Of a stretch of DNA of 64,000 bases, positions 12,287 to 26,355 are shown one piece after another. Each line of letters opens with the position of its first letter. The first letter of the stretch is position 1. Where the stretch lies: contig OX597827.1 of the NCBI GenBank assembly GCA_951406725.2, positions 50,840,001 through 50,904,000 of the forward strand, in the 5' to 3' direction. This DNA is from Octopus vulgaris (Eukaryota). Made by a program: the position numbers and the translations under genes. The notes under the pieces are model-generated. The model ran no database searches, was not told where the DNA came from, and was given only the letters and a program-made list of their open reading frames with translations.

Positions 12287-14466
12287 CACCAAACTTTGCC
12301 TCTAACTCTAAATGCAGCCTAATAAACCCGGCGAAGTCTGAGATTGGACGGCTTATAAGGAAGATCAGTAACAGTGTTAGAAACGCCTCTGACCTCGCCC
12401 TATGGCGCAAAACCAACGAGGTCATTACATGGTTTAAAGCCAATAGCGGTAGCCGTAGAGCTAGGTTTATCGAATTTGATGTAGTGGATTTCTACCCATC
12501 TATACCAAGGGAGCTCCTGTTAAAGCACTAGACTTTGTTGGGGCCTACGCTGAAGTCAGCAACGAGGACATACACATTATCTTGCACGCCAGATGAACCC
12601 TACTCTTCAGTAAGGGGACAGCTTGGGCCAAACGAACTGACCCAGTGGGCTCCTTCGACGTGGCAATGGGTGCCTTCGATAGTGCTGACGTATGTGATCT
12701 AGTCGGTCTCTTCATCCTAGATATACTAAAAAAGAAATTCCTTTCAACTAGCTTCGGCTTCTACAGAGATGAAATGTTAGCTAACGGTCACACACTAGAT
12801 AGGCTCAGAAAGGACCTCACAATTTACATGAGCTCCTTTGGATTGAAGGTCACAATAGAGACCAACCTGAAATCGATAAAATTCTTGACGTGACCCTGGA
12901 CCTGGAATCTGGTATATATAGGTCCTTTAGGAAACCAAATGAGAAGCCATAGTGTTCAGGAACCTGGTTAAGGGCGTCAGCAGGAAAATTTCCAGCTTAT
13001 CTTCAAGCAAAAACGATTTCTGATGCTGCTGCCCCGCACTGCAATCGAGCACTGGATGCCAGCGGTTTCAAGGATAGCATTCAAGGATAGCCAGACCCCA
13101 TCCCCACCAAGAGAAAGTGCCAACGGAATGTGCTGTGGCTCACGCTGCCCGTCTCTTTAAACATTAAGACCAGAGTAGGTGAGATTTTCCTTAGTTTAGT
13201 TGATAAACACTTCCCCCGTCCTAATAGATTCAACAAAATATTTAATTGACACACCCAGAGAATACCCTTCAGTTGTGCACCTAGTGTAAAAAAGATTTTG
13301 GTAGGTAGGCCTACGCCCGAGTGAGAAGCAGGATGCTTATGCAGGGGTAGCACAACTTGTCTGCTGAACGGCCACTGTAACACGGAGACAGTTTATGCGA
13401 AGGAGGAGTAACAGGCATAGGACCCAATGGGTCCTATGGGTAACCGAGCGTGCCAAAGTATGTGGGGACAACGGAAGGTCCCTTCAGAACCCGCTTTAAC
13501 AACTAAAAGTCCTCTTTCAACATCCTAAAGAGACGTAACACCACAACCCAAGCCAAGCACATTTGGTCCTTGAAAGAAAGCGTCACAGAATATAGCATAA
13601 AATGGAAGATCCTGGAGAAATGCAAACCGTACTTCATTGGCAGCAGGAAGTGCAGGTTATGTCTGACGGAGAAGAGAGCAATTATAAAGGGCATCCAACG
13701 CCCGGATATTTACCTGAATAGCAGAAGTGAAGTGCTTAACCCTTGTCCTCATGAAAAGAAGTACATCCTATCATACCTGTGAGTCCCACCATGACTATAA
13801 CCACAGGATCCCGGCCTCGACCTTCCACCAATATCCTCGGGCCCCGCAAGGAGTTTGATCAGAGCACACACCAATGCACCCATCTACACACACACACACC
13901 CCTACAAGGCGGACACCCCACAAAATAGTCTGTCTCCCACGCCCTTAACATATGCCCCTTCACACACTCTGTACCCTCACACGTATATAGGCCACACACA
14001 CAGACATTACACAGCGCATGCTAACGTATCCCCCACGACCTTAACCAATACAAAAAGAAAATAAACCAACGAACACAAGTATATACCTACACCCCTTGGA
14101 AAAAATTATACGTATGACACCATTACACATATCACACGCCTTATCCTCACAGAAGCACCACACTTAATAACGCACACTTACCCTACAAACACTTCAAAAT
14201 AACTCTCACCAGCCTTGCAGCGTACCAAGACATAACACCTAACCTAATCTATTCTGGCCCTTTTTCACAGCAGCCGCAAACCGGATGTGTTAATCCACCT
14301 CCGACAATAGAGTGCAGTCGCCATATTTCCTTCCACATCGGCTAACTCTGATGAGCATAAGGTTATATAATCGGGTTGTTATCTAACACTCCATTGTATT
14401 CCTTGCACGAAACCGATTGGTAAGATCAGCCGTAATGGATATATTATACTGTACATTTCGGATAAT
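12287..14466 (+). mobile_element. Decayed 5'-truncated Penelope-like retroelement, Naiad-type (RT + GIY-YIG)
   Basis: Fragments LINPAKSEIG, FIEFDVVDFYPSI, FDVAMGAFDSADVCDLVGLFIL, GFYRD, CLCRGSTTCLLNGHC, KYVGTTEGPFRTRF, CRLCLTEK...LNSRSEVLNPCPH; frameshifts and stops; microsatellite flanks; hammerhead at 3' end. Confidence 0.88.
14341..14430 (+). ncRNA. Type I hammerhead motif in the PLE 3' repeat
   Basis: gctaact-CTGATGA-gcataagg...ccttgcac-GAAA-cc gatt gg-TA-agatcagc. Confidence 0.7.
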
Positions 14467-14501
<35 letters not shown>

Positions 14502-15178
14502 AATACATACATAAACACACATATATATGCAGGCATATATATATAATATACACACATATACACAAAAATGAGATAAACTAAATTTTAAATCAACCAAGTA
14601 TGCATATTAAAATAAAATATATGTATGGTTTCGATATTCTGTTCTTTTTACTTTCCTTTGATCAAAATTGTTTCTAGGATATAAACACGTTCAAAAAATA
14701 CGTGTTCCCATCGTCAACAGAACCGTTACAATACACTGACGTAAAGCAAAACTGGCTATTTTAAACGAAGTCGTAAAGAAATTTAAGTGGAACACCCGTC
14801 TAGTGTTATATACTCTACAAGAAACTTTCCACCAATTTCGGTATAAAATCTTCAACCATATCAATTCGACCCATATCAAAGTTTTCATCAAACACATCGA
14901 AAATGTATTTCAATTTGAAGTCCACGAAAAAACAGGTAAAGTCTAGAATGATAATATAATATAATATACAATATTAATGATATATATATAATATACAATA
15001 TAAAGAGGACAGATTAATCGAAATATGCATACACCACCAATTTTTCTACACTCTTAGTTCTACATACGGATTAGCAGACAGGGATTGTAATTCAGACTGC
15101 CAATACATTCTTCATATTTCTGTTAATATACCTTCACGACTCAGCGACATTTATTCGCTAGAAACATATTATAAAGGT

Positions 15179-15550
15179 ACTTGTACTTGTACTTGTGGCG
15201 ACATTCACCCTGGACGGGTTGAGTCGGCTTCTTCTACTCACGGAAGAAGTTTCGTGGGAATATGTGGATTTCACAAGCGGTTCCCAACAATCCCGCATGT
15301 GGAGACATCCTGTTTGCCGCAGATTGTCCACAGACGCAGGGACAGAACGACCGAGGAGCCGCTGGTTGCCGAAGCAGACACTCCGAAGATTTTCACCAGT
15401 CTGCCGGCTTGTGGCCCTAATACCACTCGGTGTCAGACCAATCCGCCTTGGGTGGCCCTACCAGGAACCGAAGTTCCCGGCGGCATAGCTCTGACACTAC
15501 CCGTTGCCAGCGTCCCCACCACGGGGAGGAGGGGATAGACTTTGGGGACG
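15179..15550 (-). mobile_element. Complete non-autonomous RTE-derived short retroposon
   Basis: 14-bp TSD catattataaaggt at 15165-15178 and 15551-15564; (ACAAGT)3 tail; RTE 5'UTR-like motif gagctatgcc...ggtagggccaccca; no tRNA head, no coding remnant recognised. Confidence 0.85.
15497..15549 (-). ncRNA. Candidate minimal HDV-like ribozyme at the element's 5' end
   Basis: Minus strand: P1 GUCCCCA/UGGGGAC, J1/2 aagu, P2 CUAUCC/GGGUAG, P3/L3 cc-uccuccccgu-gg, short linker gcuggcaac containing a candidate catalytic C. Confidence 0.6.
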
Positions 15551-16016
15551 CATATTATAAAGGTGCTAACATTATTCCAATTTAAATTTCCACTATGATA
15601 ATATGAAGGTGCACATGTTTAAATCTAATGCCATATGCTAACCTCAACTGCACGCACACACCCCACTGGCCTCTCCAAACGTAACTATGAATGGTATGCA
15701 TTTAACTTTTCCTCTTTCCCACCAAGTCACTCTATTCTCCACGAAAGCAATGGAAGTTATCTGCTAACTTATTCTTCACAGAGAAGGAGTCCTTAGAGAA
15801 TTAGCAGGTGATGTTCGACTTTGAGTAGGGGTGGGGCATAATAAGTAACCGGGCTAAAATGAGTAATTTCTGATTTTTTCGCTATTTCTTGTTTTCCCGC
15901 TAAATCATTTTAATCAGTTTTAAATCATTACATTGCAAGTATAGCATCGTCATTTTGCATTGTCTCACCATCTTTAGGAGTAAAAATTTGTAAGCATTGT
16001 TATTGCTGTGGAGGTT

Positions 16017-16386
16017 TGTTTGTTTGTTTGTTTGTTGATTGAAACGGTCTTCGTCCCATTAGTGGGAGAAGTCCGAAACGTGGTCCTTTGCTATTCGTAA
16101 GACCCGCAGAAGAGAAAGAAGGTCAACCCCGACACCGAGAGCATCGACGGATGGATGAATGCCCATCCAGGCTCAGTGGTTGCATAGGAAGTCGGAGACG
16201 AGAAACAGGAAGAAAGAGTGAGAGAAAGTTGGAGCGAAAGAGTACAACAGGGGTCACCACCACCTCCTGCCTGAGCCTCGTGGAGCTTTTGGGTATTTTC
16301 GCTCAATAAACAGATAAAACGCCCGGTCTGGGAATCGAAACCGTGGTCGGAGGATCGCGAGTCCGCTGCCCTAACCACTGGGCCAC
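16017..16386 (-). mobile_element. tRNA-derived SINE family C
   Basis: Head gtggcccagtggttagggcagcggactcgc...ggtttcgattccc (A/B boxes), (AAAC)n tail, TSD tgctgt(g/t)gaggtt at 16004-16016/16387-16399. Confidence 0.88.
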
Positions 16387-17139
16387 TGCTGTTGAGGTTG
16401 AAATTTTTTTCAACTTAGACCTGATTGTAATTGAGATTGCTAATAAAATATCTGGATAAGTTTCGGTGTTTAACAATCAATATTCTTTTCTCTTTTGAAT
16501 TCCATACTTATGTCTAATTTGATAATATTCAAAATCGATGTCTGAAATGGGGCAAAATGGGTAATGACAAATTTCAATAACTTGTTCTCTATCTGTATGG
16601 TTCGTAAATACATCGGGAAAAGAGCCACTCCAAAAGATCATGAGAAAGCTATAAAAAATACTTTATGATGATTTTTTTTTTTATTTGATAGAGTTTCGTT
16701 AATTTCATATTAGGTGCTATTTTTCCATGATCCTCTTTCATTTGACCAAGATATTTCAAAAGCTATTTTTTCTGCTTTTTTTTTTTTTTTTCGATTTCTG
16801 ATCTTTCTGATGTCTCGGAATGAATATTGATGTCTATGAGTCTGTTTTCATATGCAATTCTGAAGATCTGAAGCGGCAGATTTACCTTATCTTGGCTTAC
16901 AAATTTTGGCCTAGCTAATTTATATGCTCAAAGAGAACGGTGATCATATCATGTTATAATGATTTTAATGCATTTAGAGAAGGTCACTTGCTTAGCTGAT
17001 ATAGTTTTACTAAGGGAGAGAATATTTATAAAAAATATATTTTGTCTCAAAGCCAAAGATAAATAAGGAAAGTTTCTATACAGAAAGTTTTTAAAAAGAA
17101 CTTCATATTTCGGGTACAAAGGTCCATCTTCAGTAAAAA

Positions 17140-17510
17140 AGCATTGCAGCCATGCTGGAGCACCGCTTTAAAGAGTTTTAGCCTAATAAATCGACCCCAG
17201 GACCTCTTTTTAATCTGGCATTTATTTTATCGGGCTCTTTTAGTCCAACCGCTAGATTACGGGTAACGTAAACATATCCACATTGTTTGTCAAACTGTGG
17301 AAGGAGACAAACACAGACATAAAGATACACACACATGAATATATACATATACATACTACGGGCTTCTTTTAGTTTCCGTCTACCAAATCCACTCACAAGG
17401 CTTTGGTCGGCCCGAGTCTGTAGTAAAAGACATTCACCCAAGTGCCATGCAGTGGAACTGAACCCGGAGCCATGTGGTTGGTAAGCAATCTTTTTACCAC
17501 ACAGCCATGC
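17140..17510 (-). mobile_element. SINE family B
   Basis: Reverse complement of the family B head, central microsatellite and tail. Confidence 0.85.
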
Positions 17511-17529
17511 ATACGTCTATTTTCACATA

Positions 17530-18300
17530 GCTTTCATTTTAAACTACTTGGCGTTTAGGTGAGTGGCAGCAGCAACTCTCCAGCTTTTGGTCGTCGTCGT
17601 TGTGATGTATTTTCACGTAGTGGTAGTAATGGCAGACGGTGTTGGTTGCGTATGCTGTTAATCACAGTCGCTGTTATGTTTTCATAGGAGCCACAGACCC
17701 ATCTCTGATCGACTATTAATTTTCGGGTGCATCAATATAGCTTCTATGGAGGCATCTATCTCTTTGGTTGTGTTGCTGCATTTGGCAAAGTGTTTGTGGA
17801 ACGAAGACGCGTCAGTAGTGAGGAGGTCCTTCATTCGGACGTGGAGTGATCGGTCTGTGTTACCGATGTAATAGTTGTAGGATTTGGAGACCGTATCTGG
17901 TATACTACGTATGTACTACGAACGTAGGGCAATTCGCCAGCGTCCAGGACTGTTGCTCACTGGCTGGTACGTGATCACCTCTTTGATAGGCTTTTATGTA
18001 GCGATGGTCGCGAATCGGCCAGTAGGATGTCGAGTCCTTCCCTGTGGATGGCCTGTAAATGGCGGAGGTGGTCCTCTCATTAAAGTGAGTAATCTTCAAG
18101 AAGCAAGTACTAGATAGATCCCTATTGTCACATTTATTTGGCTTGTGTTCACGTATGGAGTTAACAATGGACGTTGACTATCCGTTGATCTCAAGTCCCT
18201 TTAGGAATTGAGTAACGTTTGTGTTTCTTGTGTATCCGAGTGATCTCGTTATGTACGTAGCCGATCTTAGCCCTGAAGGAGAGAACCGATTTGTAATTGA
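17530..18300 (-). mobile_element. Decayed PLE 3' fragment (GIY-YIG region)
   Basis: Reverse complement aligns with 18447-18860; encodes a remnant like YYIGNTDRSLHVRMKD. Confidence 0.65.
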
Positions 18301-18446
18301 CAAAGAGGTCCCGACAGGCTGACTTTCGCGACACAAACATGTGCCTGCATCCATCCAGCCATACATACATACATACATACATACATACATACATACATAC
18401 ATACATACATACATACATACATACATACATACATACATACATACAT

Positions 18447-18940
18447 CAGACACGGTACTCCAAATGTTACGACTATAACATTGATAGTACTGTCCGACCA
18501 CTCCACGTCCGAATGAAGGAGCACTTCACTATCGAGGCGTCGTCTTTCTACAAACACTTAACGAATGCAGCAACACTACCAAAGGGATAACGCTTCCATA
18601 CTAGCATCGGAGAGGAGCGCATGAAATCTTCGTATCAAAAAAGTTATATTGATCCACCGCCTCAACTCGAATACTAATAGTCGATCGGAGATGGGCCGGT
18701 GGCTCCTGTGAATACATCACAACGACTAACTACGACAAACATACGCCACTAACACCATCTTCCACCACCTCCATCACCACGTGAAAATCCTTACAACAAC
18801 CACGACTAACAGTTGGAGAGTTCTTGCTTCTAACCCAAACGTCGAGCAGTTTAGAATAACGAAATCTATGTAAATACACATACCTTTGACTGCTTTTTTC
18901 TGAAGATATGCCTTTGCGCCTAAAATATAGAAGTTTGTTT
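18447..18940 (+). mobile_element. Decayed PLE 3' fragment (GIY-YIG) with degenerate hammerhead
   Basis: SKCYDYNIDSTVRPLHVRMKEHF...SSFYKHL; CTGAAGA at ~18900 with decayed downstream half. Confidence 0.7.
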
Positions 18941-19316
18941 TTTTTTTTAACTTTCTGCGTCGTTAGAAGCTTTCTTATTTCTCTTCTTCATTTTCTACTT
19001 CTGTACTACAATGCTTCCTGTGAACTACAACGCTCTTAGATATATAATGCAATGTATCTTAAATATCTCTCAGCCGATATTATCAATCTGTTTTGTACTT
19101 GAGAGTTTGGGAAAACCAGTTTCAGCACTCATCTGTAAAGCTGGTATGAAAAGTATGGTGCGAGCTCTTTGCCACAAAAGATCAGAAAGTATCATATCTA
19201 GTTAGTGGGTGCCGAAGAACCAGGAACGCGAAACGTCCTGTTGTATTTATTGCCTCTGCATAAGCATCCTTCTCCTGTTTCAAGTATGTACCTACTCACT
19301 AAAATTTTATATATAT

Positions 19317-20576
<1,260 letters not shown>

Positions 20577-20586
20577 TAATAAATAA

Positions 20587-20637
<51 letters not shown>

Positions 20638-20751
20638 TCAAATTTTCCCCAAGAACTTAGTTCAATTCGAAAACTCCACTAGAATGGACGAAAGCGCTAA
20701 TATATGATATATGATATATGAGATATATAATGTATAAAAACATAAAAAATT

Positions 20752-21063
20752 TGGAGTCCTCGGCACTATGCAGTGGCGTCCAGTTCTAGTATTTGTGTAA
20801 CTATCGATGCCAAAGTTTGGGACAAGTCCTTCCAGAATCTTCCAGATGTATATTATGGTATATCTTTCTCGTCTACGCTCTAAGGAATAGAGTCTTAATC
20901 TCTTGAGTTTTTCCCAATAGCTTATAAGCTGCATAGAGGCTATCTTCTTCATATAGCTTTGTTGGATTGCCTCAAGTTCTGAGATTAATTTGACACTGGC
21001 TGGTGATCATAGCCGAGAGCAATAGTCAAAGTACCTTAGGACAAGTGTCCTCCAGAGGACCAT
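20752..21063 (-). mobile_element. CR1/L2-group LINE ORF2 C-terminal fragment
   Basis: SYWEKLKRLRLYSLERRRERYTIIYIWKILEGLVPN, preceded by an FDYCS-like motif. Confidence 0.8.
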
Positions 21064-21119
21064 CACTTTTATTTAAATATTTATTTAAATATTTTTTTAT
21101 TTAGATATTTTCTTATTTA

Positions 21120-22340
21120 AAAAAATAAACCTAAAAATAGAAACGGACATATTTTACAAAATCAAGACACCAAACAATATCTACTCTTTGATTCATGCCA
21201 CCCAAGACACACTAAAACAAACATCCCCTTCAACCTTTCATGAAGGATATGTACAATAGTGTCAGAACAAAATACCAGAAACTTTAGACTGCAAGAACTC
21301 AAAAACACCCTAATTGACAGACACTACTCAGTTCAACTCATAGAGGATGGAATTGGACGTGCAACACAAAACGACATAGAAGCCTTAAGAAAAGTTCAAC
21401 ACAGCAACACACCTTCCCCGAAAATACTGCCGTACATATCCACATACAAACTCAGAAACAAAGAAGCCTTCACCATCATCACTCAGAATTTACCAATGCT
21501 ACATAAGGACCCCAAATTAAAGGAAATTCTGCACATACATAAAATCATTAAAAGCTAGAAACAAGCGAAATCCCTAAAATAGATCCTCACAAATGTAAAA
21601 TAATTTTCTAAAATAACGGATGCGAAAGCAAAAAAATGTGGTAGACCAAATTGTGCAACGTGCCCAAACCTTCTAGAAGGATCAGAATTCCTCTTCAAAG
21701 AGGAACAAAATTCAAAATCAAATCTGATTTTACTTGTGTTTCAGAAAACCTGATTTATGTCATAAGATGCTCGGGCTGCCACCAAAACTACATAGGGTCC
21801 ACGGGATTATCGCAAAGACGCAGAAGCACTCTGCATCGACAGCAGATTGCATTCCCAGAATACAGAATAATACCCTTTAGTGAACATATTGAGAAATGCG
21901 CAAAGCAACTACAACCACAATTTTAAATCTTTCCATTCTATCAATCTGCCATTGGAACACCAACACAAATTAGATTAAATAAGGAAACCTTCTTCATTGA
22001 AAAATATAAGCCAAAACTTAACCATTTCTAACATTTTTAAATAAGGAAACTCACCTCATTGAAAAAAATATAAAGCAAAACCTAACCACTTGTGACATTC
22101 TATTCCTTCTAAACCAAATCATGTTTAATTAGTCATTCCCAACATGTTTGATTATCTTCCTTATACCGGAAAAAATCCCTGATTATTTCACAACATAACG
22201 AAAACATGACATGATATAGGTAAATGAATTTGAGGAGTTTGAAAAGAAAATACGAAACCGTTATTTCTCCAAAAACTATGTAACTATACGCAAAATTTTC
22301 TAACATTTTTTCTAACATAACGACTTAAATATATTCTTTA
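21120..22340 (+). mobile_element. Decayed PLE (Neptune-like): RT thumb + zinc motif + GIY-YIG
   Basis: YLLFDSCHPRHTKTNIPFNL; CGRPNCATC; FTCVSENLIYVIRCSGCHQNYIGSTG; KYKPKLN stop; degenerate hammerhead at ~22226-22267. Confidence 0.85.
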
Positions 22341-22379
22341 ACGATATAAATATATATATATAGAAGAAGTTGATATATA

Positions 22380-22450
<71 letters not shown>

Positions 22451-22461
22451 GTATATATGTA

Positions 22462-22528
<67 letters not shown>

Positions 22529-22694
22529 GTATGTATTGGAAGATCTGGAGATGATGTACAGGTATTATATATTAGAAGAAATGAGGTACTCAGAAAATCG
22601 GATGGTTTATATTTACAGATATTTATTTGTATATTACATTTTATGTATATATCATATCACTTAGATCATTAACGCTTTTTGGTACTTATGGGAG

Positions 22695-22885
22695 CAACTG
22701 TCTTCGAAGACTCATATTGTCATTCAATGCTCGAAATAAGATGTAGATAAGGAGTGATGAAGGGTCGTTCCTTATGTTACTTGTCTTTTTTCCATTTGCT
22801 TCTCTCGTCGTTTGCGTAGTGAACTCATTTGTTTTCGTACTTCATGTTGTTTACTGTTGGTGACATCCTGTACACATATATGCAT
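22695..22885 (+). repeat. Short dispersed repeat, second copy at 62265-62445
   Basis: aactgtcttcgaa.actc...tgatgaagggtc.ttcctt...aactcatttgttttcg...catgttgtttactgttg.tgac.tcctgtac shared by both copies. Confidence 0.75.
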
Positions 22886-22994
22886 ATGTGTATAAATATA
22901 TATGTATGTATGTGTGTGTTTGTATATATATACACATATACATGTATATATTTATATATATATACATATATTTATACACATATACATATATTTA

Positions 22995-23047
<53 letters not shown>

Positions 23048-23123
23048 TTAGTGTCTTCTACTGTAGTTTCGGCCGCCCAAGGTGGTACGTCTTGGGCAAT
23101 GTGTGTGTGTGTGTGTGTGTGTC

Positions 23124-23171
<48 letters not shown>

Positions 23172-23177
<6 letters not shown>

Positions 23178-23372
23178 TCCCCCCAACATCGCTTGATAAC
23201 CGATGCTGGTGTATTTACACCCCTGTTTACCTAGCGGTTCGGCAAAAAATACCGATAGAATAAGTACTAGGCTTACAAAGAATAAGTCCTGGAGTCGATT
23301 TGCTCGATTAAAGGCGATGCTCCGGTATGGCCGCAGTCAAATCACTGAAACAAGTAAAAGAGTAAAAGAGAG
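23172..23372 (+). mobile_element. SINE family B, 3' half
   Basis: gtttgtccccc...cgatgctggtgt...gaataagtactaggcttacaaag...ctgaaacaagtaaaagag. Confidence 0.85.
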
Positions 23373-23403
<31 letters not shown>

Positions 23404-23601
23404 GCACACATACATACCGACACCCAGAATGGAAACACGGTCTTTTATATTTATACTGTATATGTATGTTTGTGCATGCCTTAGTGTTTGTCCCCGACAC
23501 TGCATGGCAACAGATGTTGGGTTATTTATATACCTTAACATAGTGATATGGCGAAAGACATTAAAAGTATAAGCTCTGGGGCTTCACTACTGAAACAAGC
23601 A

Positions 23602-23632
<31 letters not shown>

Positions 23633-23637
23633 GTGTG

Positions 23638-23683
<46 letters not shown>

Positions 23684-23708
23684 TTGTATATATATATATA
23701 TGTATTTG

Positions 23709-23759
<51 letters not shown>

Positions 23760-23767
23760 GATATATA

Positions 23768-23857
<90 letters not shown>

Positions 23858-23984
23858 ATATAAATATATATGAATATAAAAATATCAAATGAAAGTATGT
23901 TTATATATTTATGTTTGTTGTTATGTTTGTTGTTATGTTTTCTCGGAGATGTGTATTCATATCTTTCTCTTTCTCTTTCTCTCT

Positions 23985-24023
<39 letters not shown>

Positions 24024-24142
24024 TCTCTCTAAATATATATCATATATACTTAGGAAGACATACCGAAACACACAATTGGGCGGGCATCCGTGCGCCGACA
24101 CAAATACACACACAAACACACACACGCACACACAGACACACA

Positions 24143-24193
<51 letters not shown>

Positions 24194-24844
24194 AGACACA
24201 TACACATATAGTTGTTTAGTGAAACAGTGGTGGCGTAGGGATGAGTGACTGGTTTTTATATTTGAACACCTAAATTTTAATGATGTGAATATGTTACCTG
24301 TTTCTCTCCTTCGTATCAATCATAAATATAGAACTACTTTATGTATACTATAGTGGATGAATACTCTCTGTGCTATCCTCTAGTTGTTTACGTAAAGAAA
24401 TAATTACCTGCTCTACCACACTTTATTGCATTTCACTAGCGTTCTTTACCTTTGCTCTCTCTCCTCACCTTTTCTATCTTTAAACTGACCTTTATTATTG
24501 ATTAGTCACCTATCTTCTACTTCCTACCATAGATTCCTTTCACTTCACTTATTAGTGTTGCTTAATTATACCTATTCTTATTAGTGTTGTTGTTTGTTGC
24601 CTTTCTGCCTATCTATCTATATAGAGGAACATACAAACATATTTCGCTTTAATTGAGTTTCCGATATGGTCGTAGAAATATCCCACATACGTATGTATGT
24701 ATGTATGTATGTATGTATGTATGTATGTATGTATGTATGTATGTACTGTTTTATTTTTCAAACTTCTCACAATAAAGCAAGAGCCTGTTTTTTTAAAATA
24801 GGAACAAGGCTCTTTCATTGGCATTTAAACTCCAACTAGATAGT

Positions 24845-24881
<37 letters not shown>

Positions 24882-25084
24882 TTCATTTTATTTTTGACCA
24901 ATTTCACACCAATGGAGAATGAGTCGGTTTGTCGCTTAGAATCAGATCTCTTTCATTGGACATCAACCAGGATTGTCCTGCATATATATATTCGTATGCA
25001 CGTGTATATGCATGCATGTGCACATTTATGCCCATACAAATAAATACGTATACATATGTGTGTATAATGTGTACATTGTGACCG

Positions 25085-26230
25085 GTTGTTAGTATATACT
25101 GAATTTCACGAATGTTTCACTTATTTTTATAGTACCTTTAACAGCTTGTAGGTGGAATCTTCTGATAAGACGTTTTCTTTCTGGTTTCATTAATCCAAGA
25201 TTCTTAAGGTTGGTACTCACAGATCCAAGTACTCCAACTGGTAAAAATCTAAAGTTATTGTCCGGGTGACCTACCTGTAGATCTCTCATCAATTCGGCAT
25301 GGATGTTCTCTTTTTCACAGGGCAATTGATTTCATATACTATGCATAGCTTTTTTTCCCCTTGTCCCAGATCATTATGTGTTGGCTCTTGTACTAGCATT
25401 TTATTGAAGTCTTAACAGGAACGATATTCTTTCGAAATATATGTTGTTATGCACTCCACATCACAGCTTTTTATATTTGCCGGGATTATATTTTCAATAG
25501 ATTTCATCATGTAGTTTCTCATAAGCAGGTAATACTATAAAGACGTTTTGGACAGATACCCAATGTTAATTTCACAAAACCTACATCTAGAGTACCAATA
25601 TCACTATCCTTTTTGTGCATCGGGTATTTTGTGGTTGTTTTCTACTACTGTATTGTAAAAGTATATCCTTCAAAGTAAGAGCTAATATCCCGATTGTTAA
25701 TACAAGAATACCATTCTGGTTACCAATGTTGTTATCACTTTGAAACCTCTTGGAAATATAACCATGCATGACCGTTTGCTGGTATGTATGCAGTTTCTCA
25801 TCTGGTGGCTTAGTGCAGTAGAGTTGTGCAATATCTTTGGGTATATACCCTCGGTCATCGATCAGAAAATACTTTTTAATAAGTGCCTTTCAATTCCCTT
25901 GGTTCTACCGGCTTCACGCATGTAAACTCCATCCAAAATTGAGTTTCGACGTTTGGTTTTTAGTAGATATTGTTGAAAGGATATAAAACGACAGTCAAAG
26001 TTTTGATCGATGCTAGGCCTCTGCCATTTCAGTTTCAGTAAAGGCATTCAGGATCACTGTTGATAAGCAATTTTTGAGCTTTTTCATCAAAAGACTGCAT
26101 CTCATTTAGCATCCAACTGAATAGTCCATATGTTGATATGAGCTCTGGTACGGCAGACACATTGTTAGCTATTGAGTTGTTGCACGCGGAACATGCAAAT
26201 GTAGAGAGATAGACATGTGTACGTAGAAGC
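25085..26230 (-). mobile_element. Highly decayed restriction-like-endonuclease (R4/NeSL-group) non-LTR fragment
   Basis: C-terminal-like ...FRFLPVGVLGSVSTNLKNLGL...LQAVKGTIKISETFVKF; upstream only patchy similarity. Confidence 0.5.
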
Positions 26231-26268
26231 ATACTCTTCGGAGTGAGAGCTTATTTATCGATTGCCAA

Positions 26269-26355
26269 CACTAGCGTAGCACTTTTGGGCCTACTGTAGG
26301 CAATGTGTGTTTTTTGTGGGGTCCGGAGGCGGCACACACTCTAGCTACGCTAGTG
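26269..26355. mobile_element. 87-bp hAT-like MITE
   Basis: Perfect 12-bp TIR cactagcgtagc/gctacgctagtg; 8-bp flanks attgccaa/gttgtcag differ only by transitions. Confidence 0.55.

Noticed and set aside
12590-13260. In-frame TGA codons in the Naiad-type element as selenocysteine
   Set aside because: They fall at Arg/Lys-like positions (HAR*TL, KIFN*HT), consistent with CGA>TGA decay; the Cys motifs use normal Cys codons and no SECIS was recognised
16300-16386. tRNA gene (also 48290-48356)
   Set aside because: tRNA-like head continues into a SINE body with tail and TSD
20665-20705. tcca...tggac-GAAA-gcgc-TA half hammerhead
   Set aside because: 5' core unrecognisable; too decayed to call
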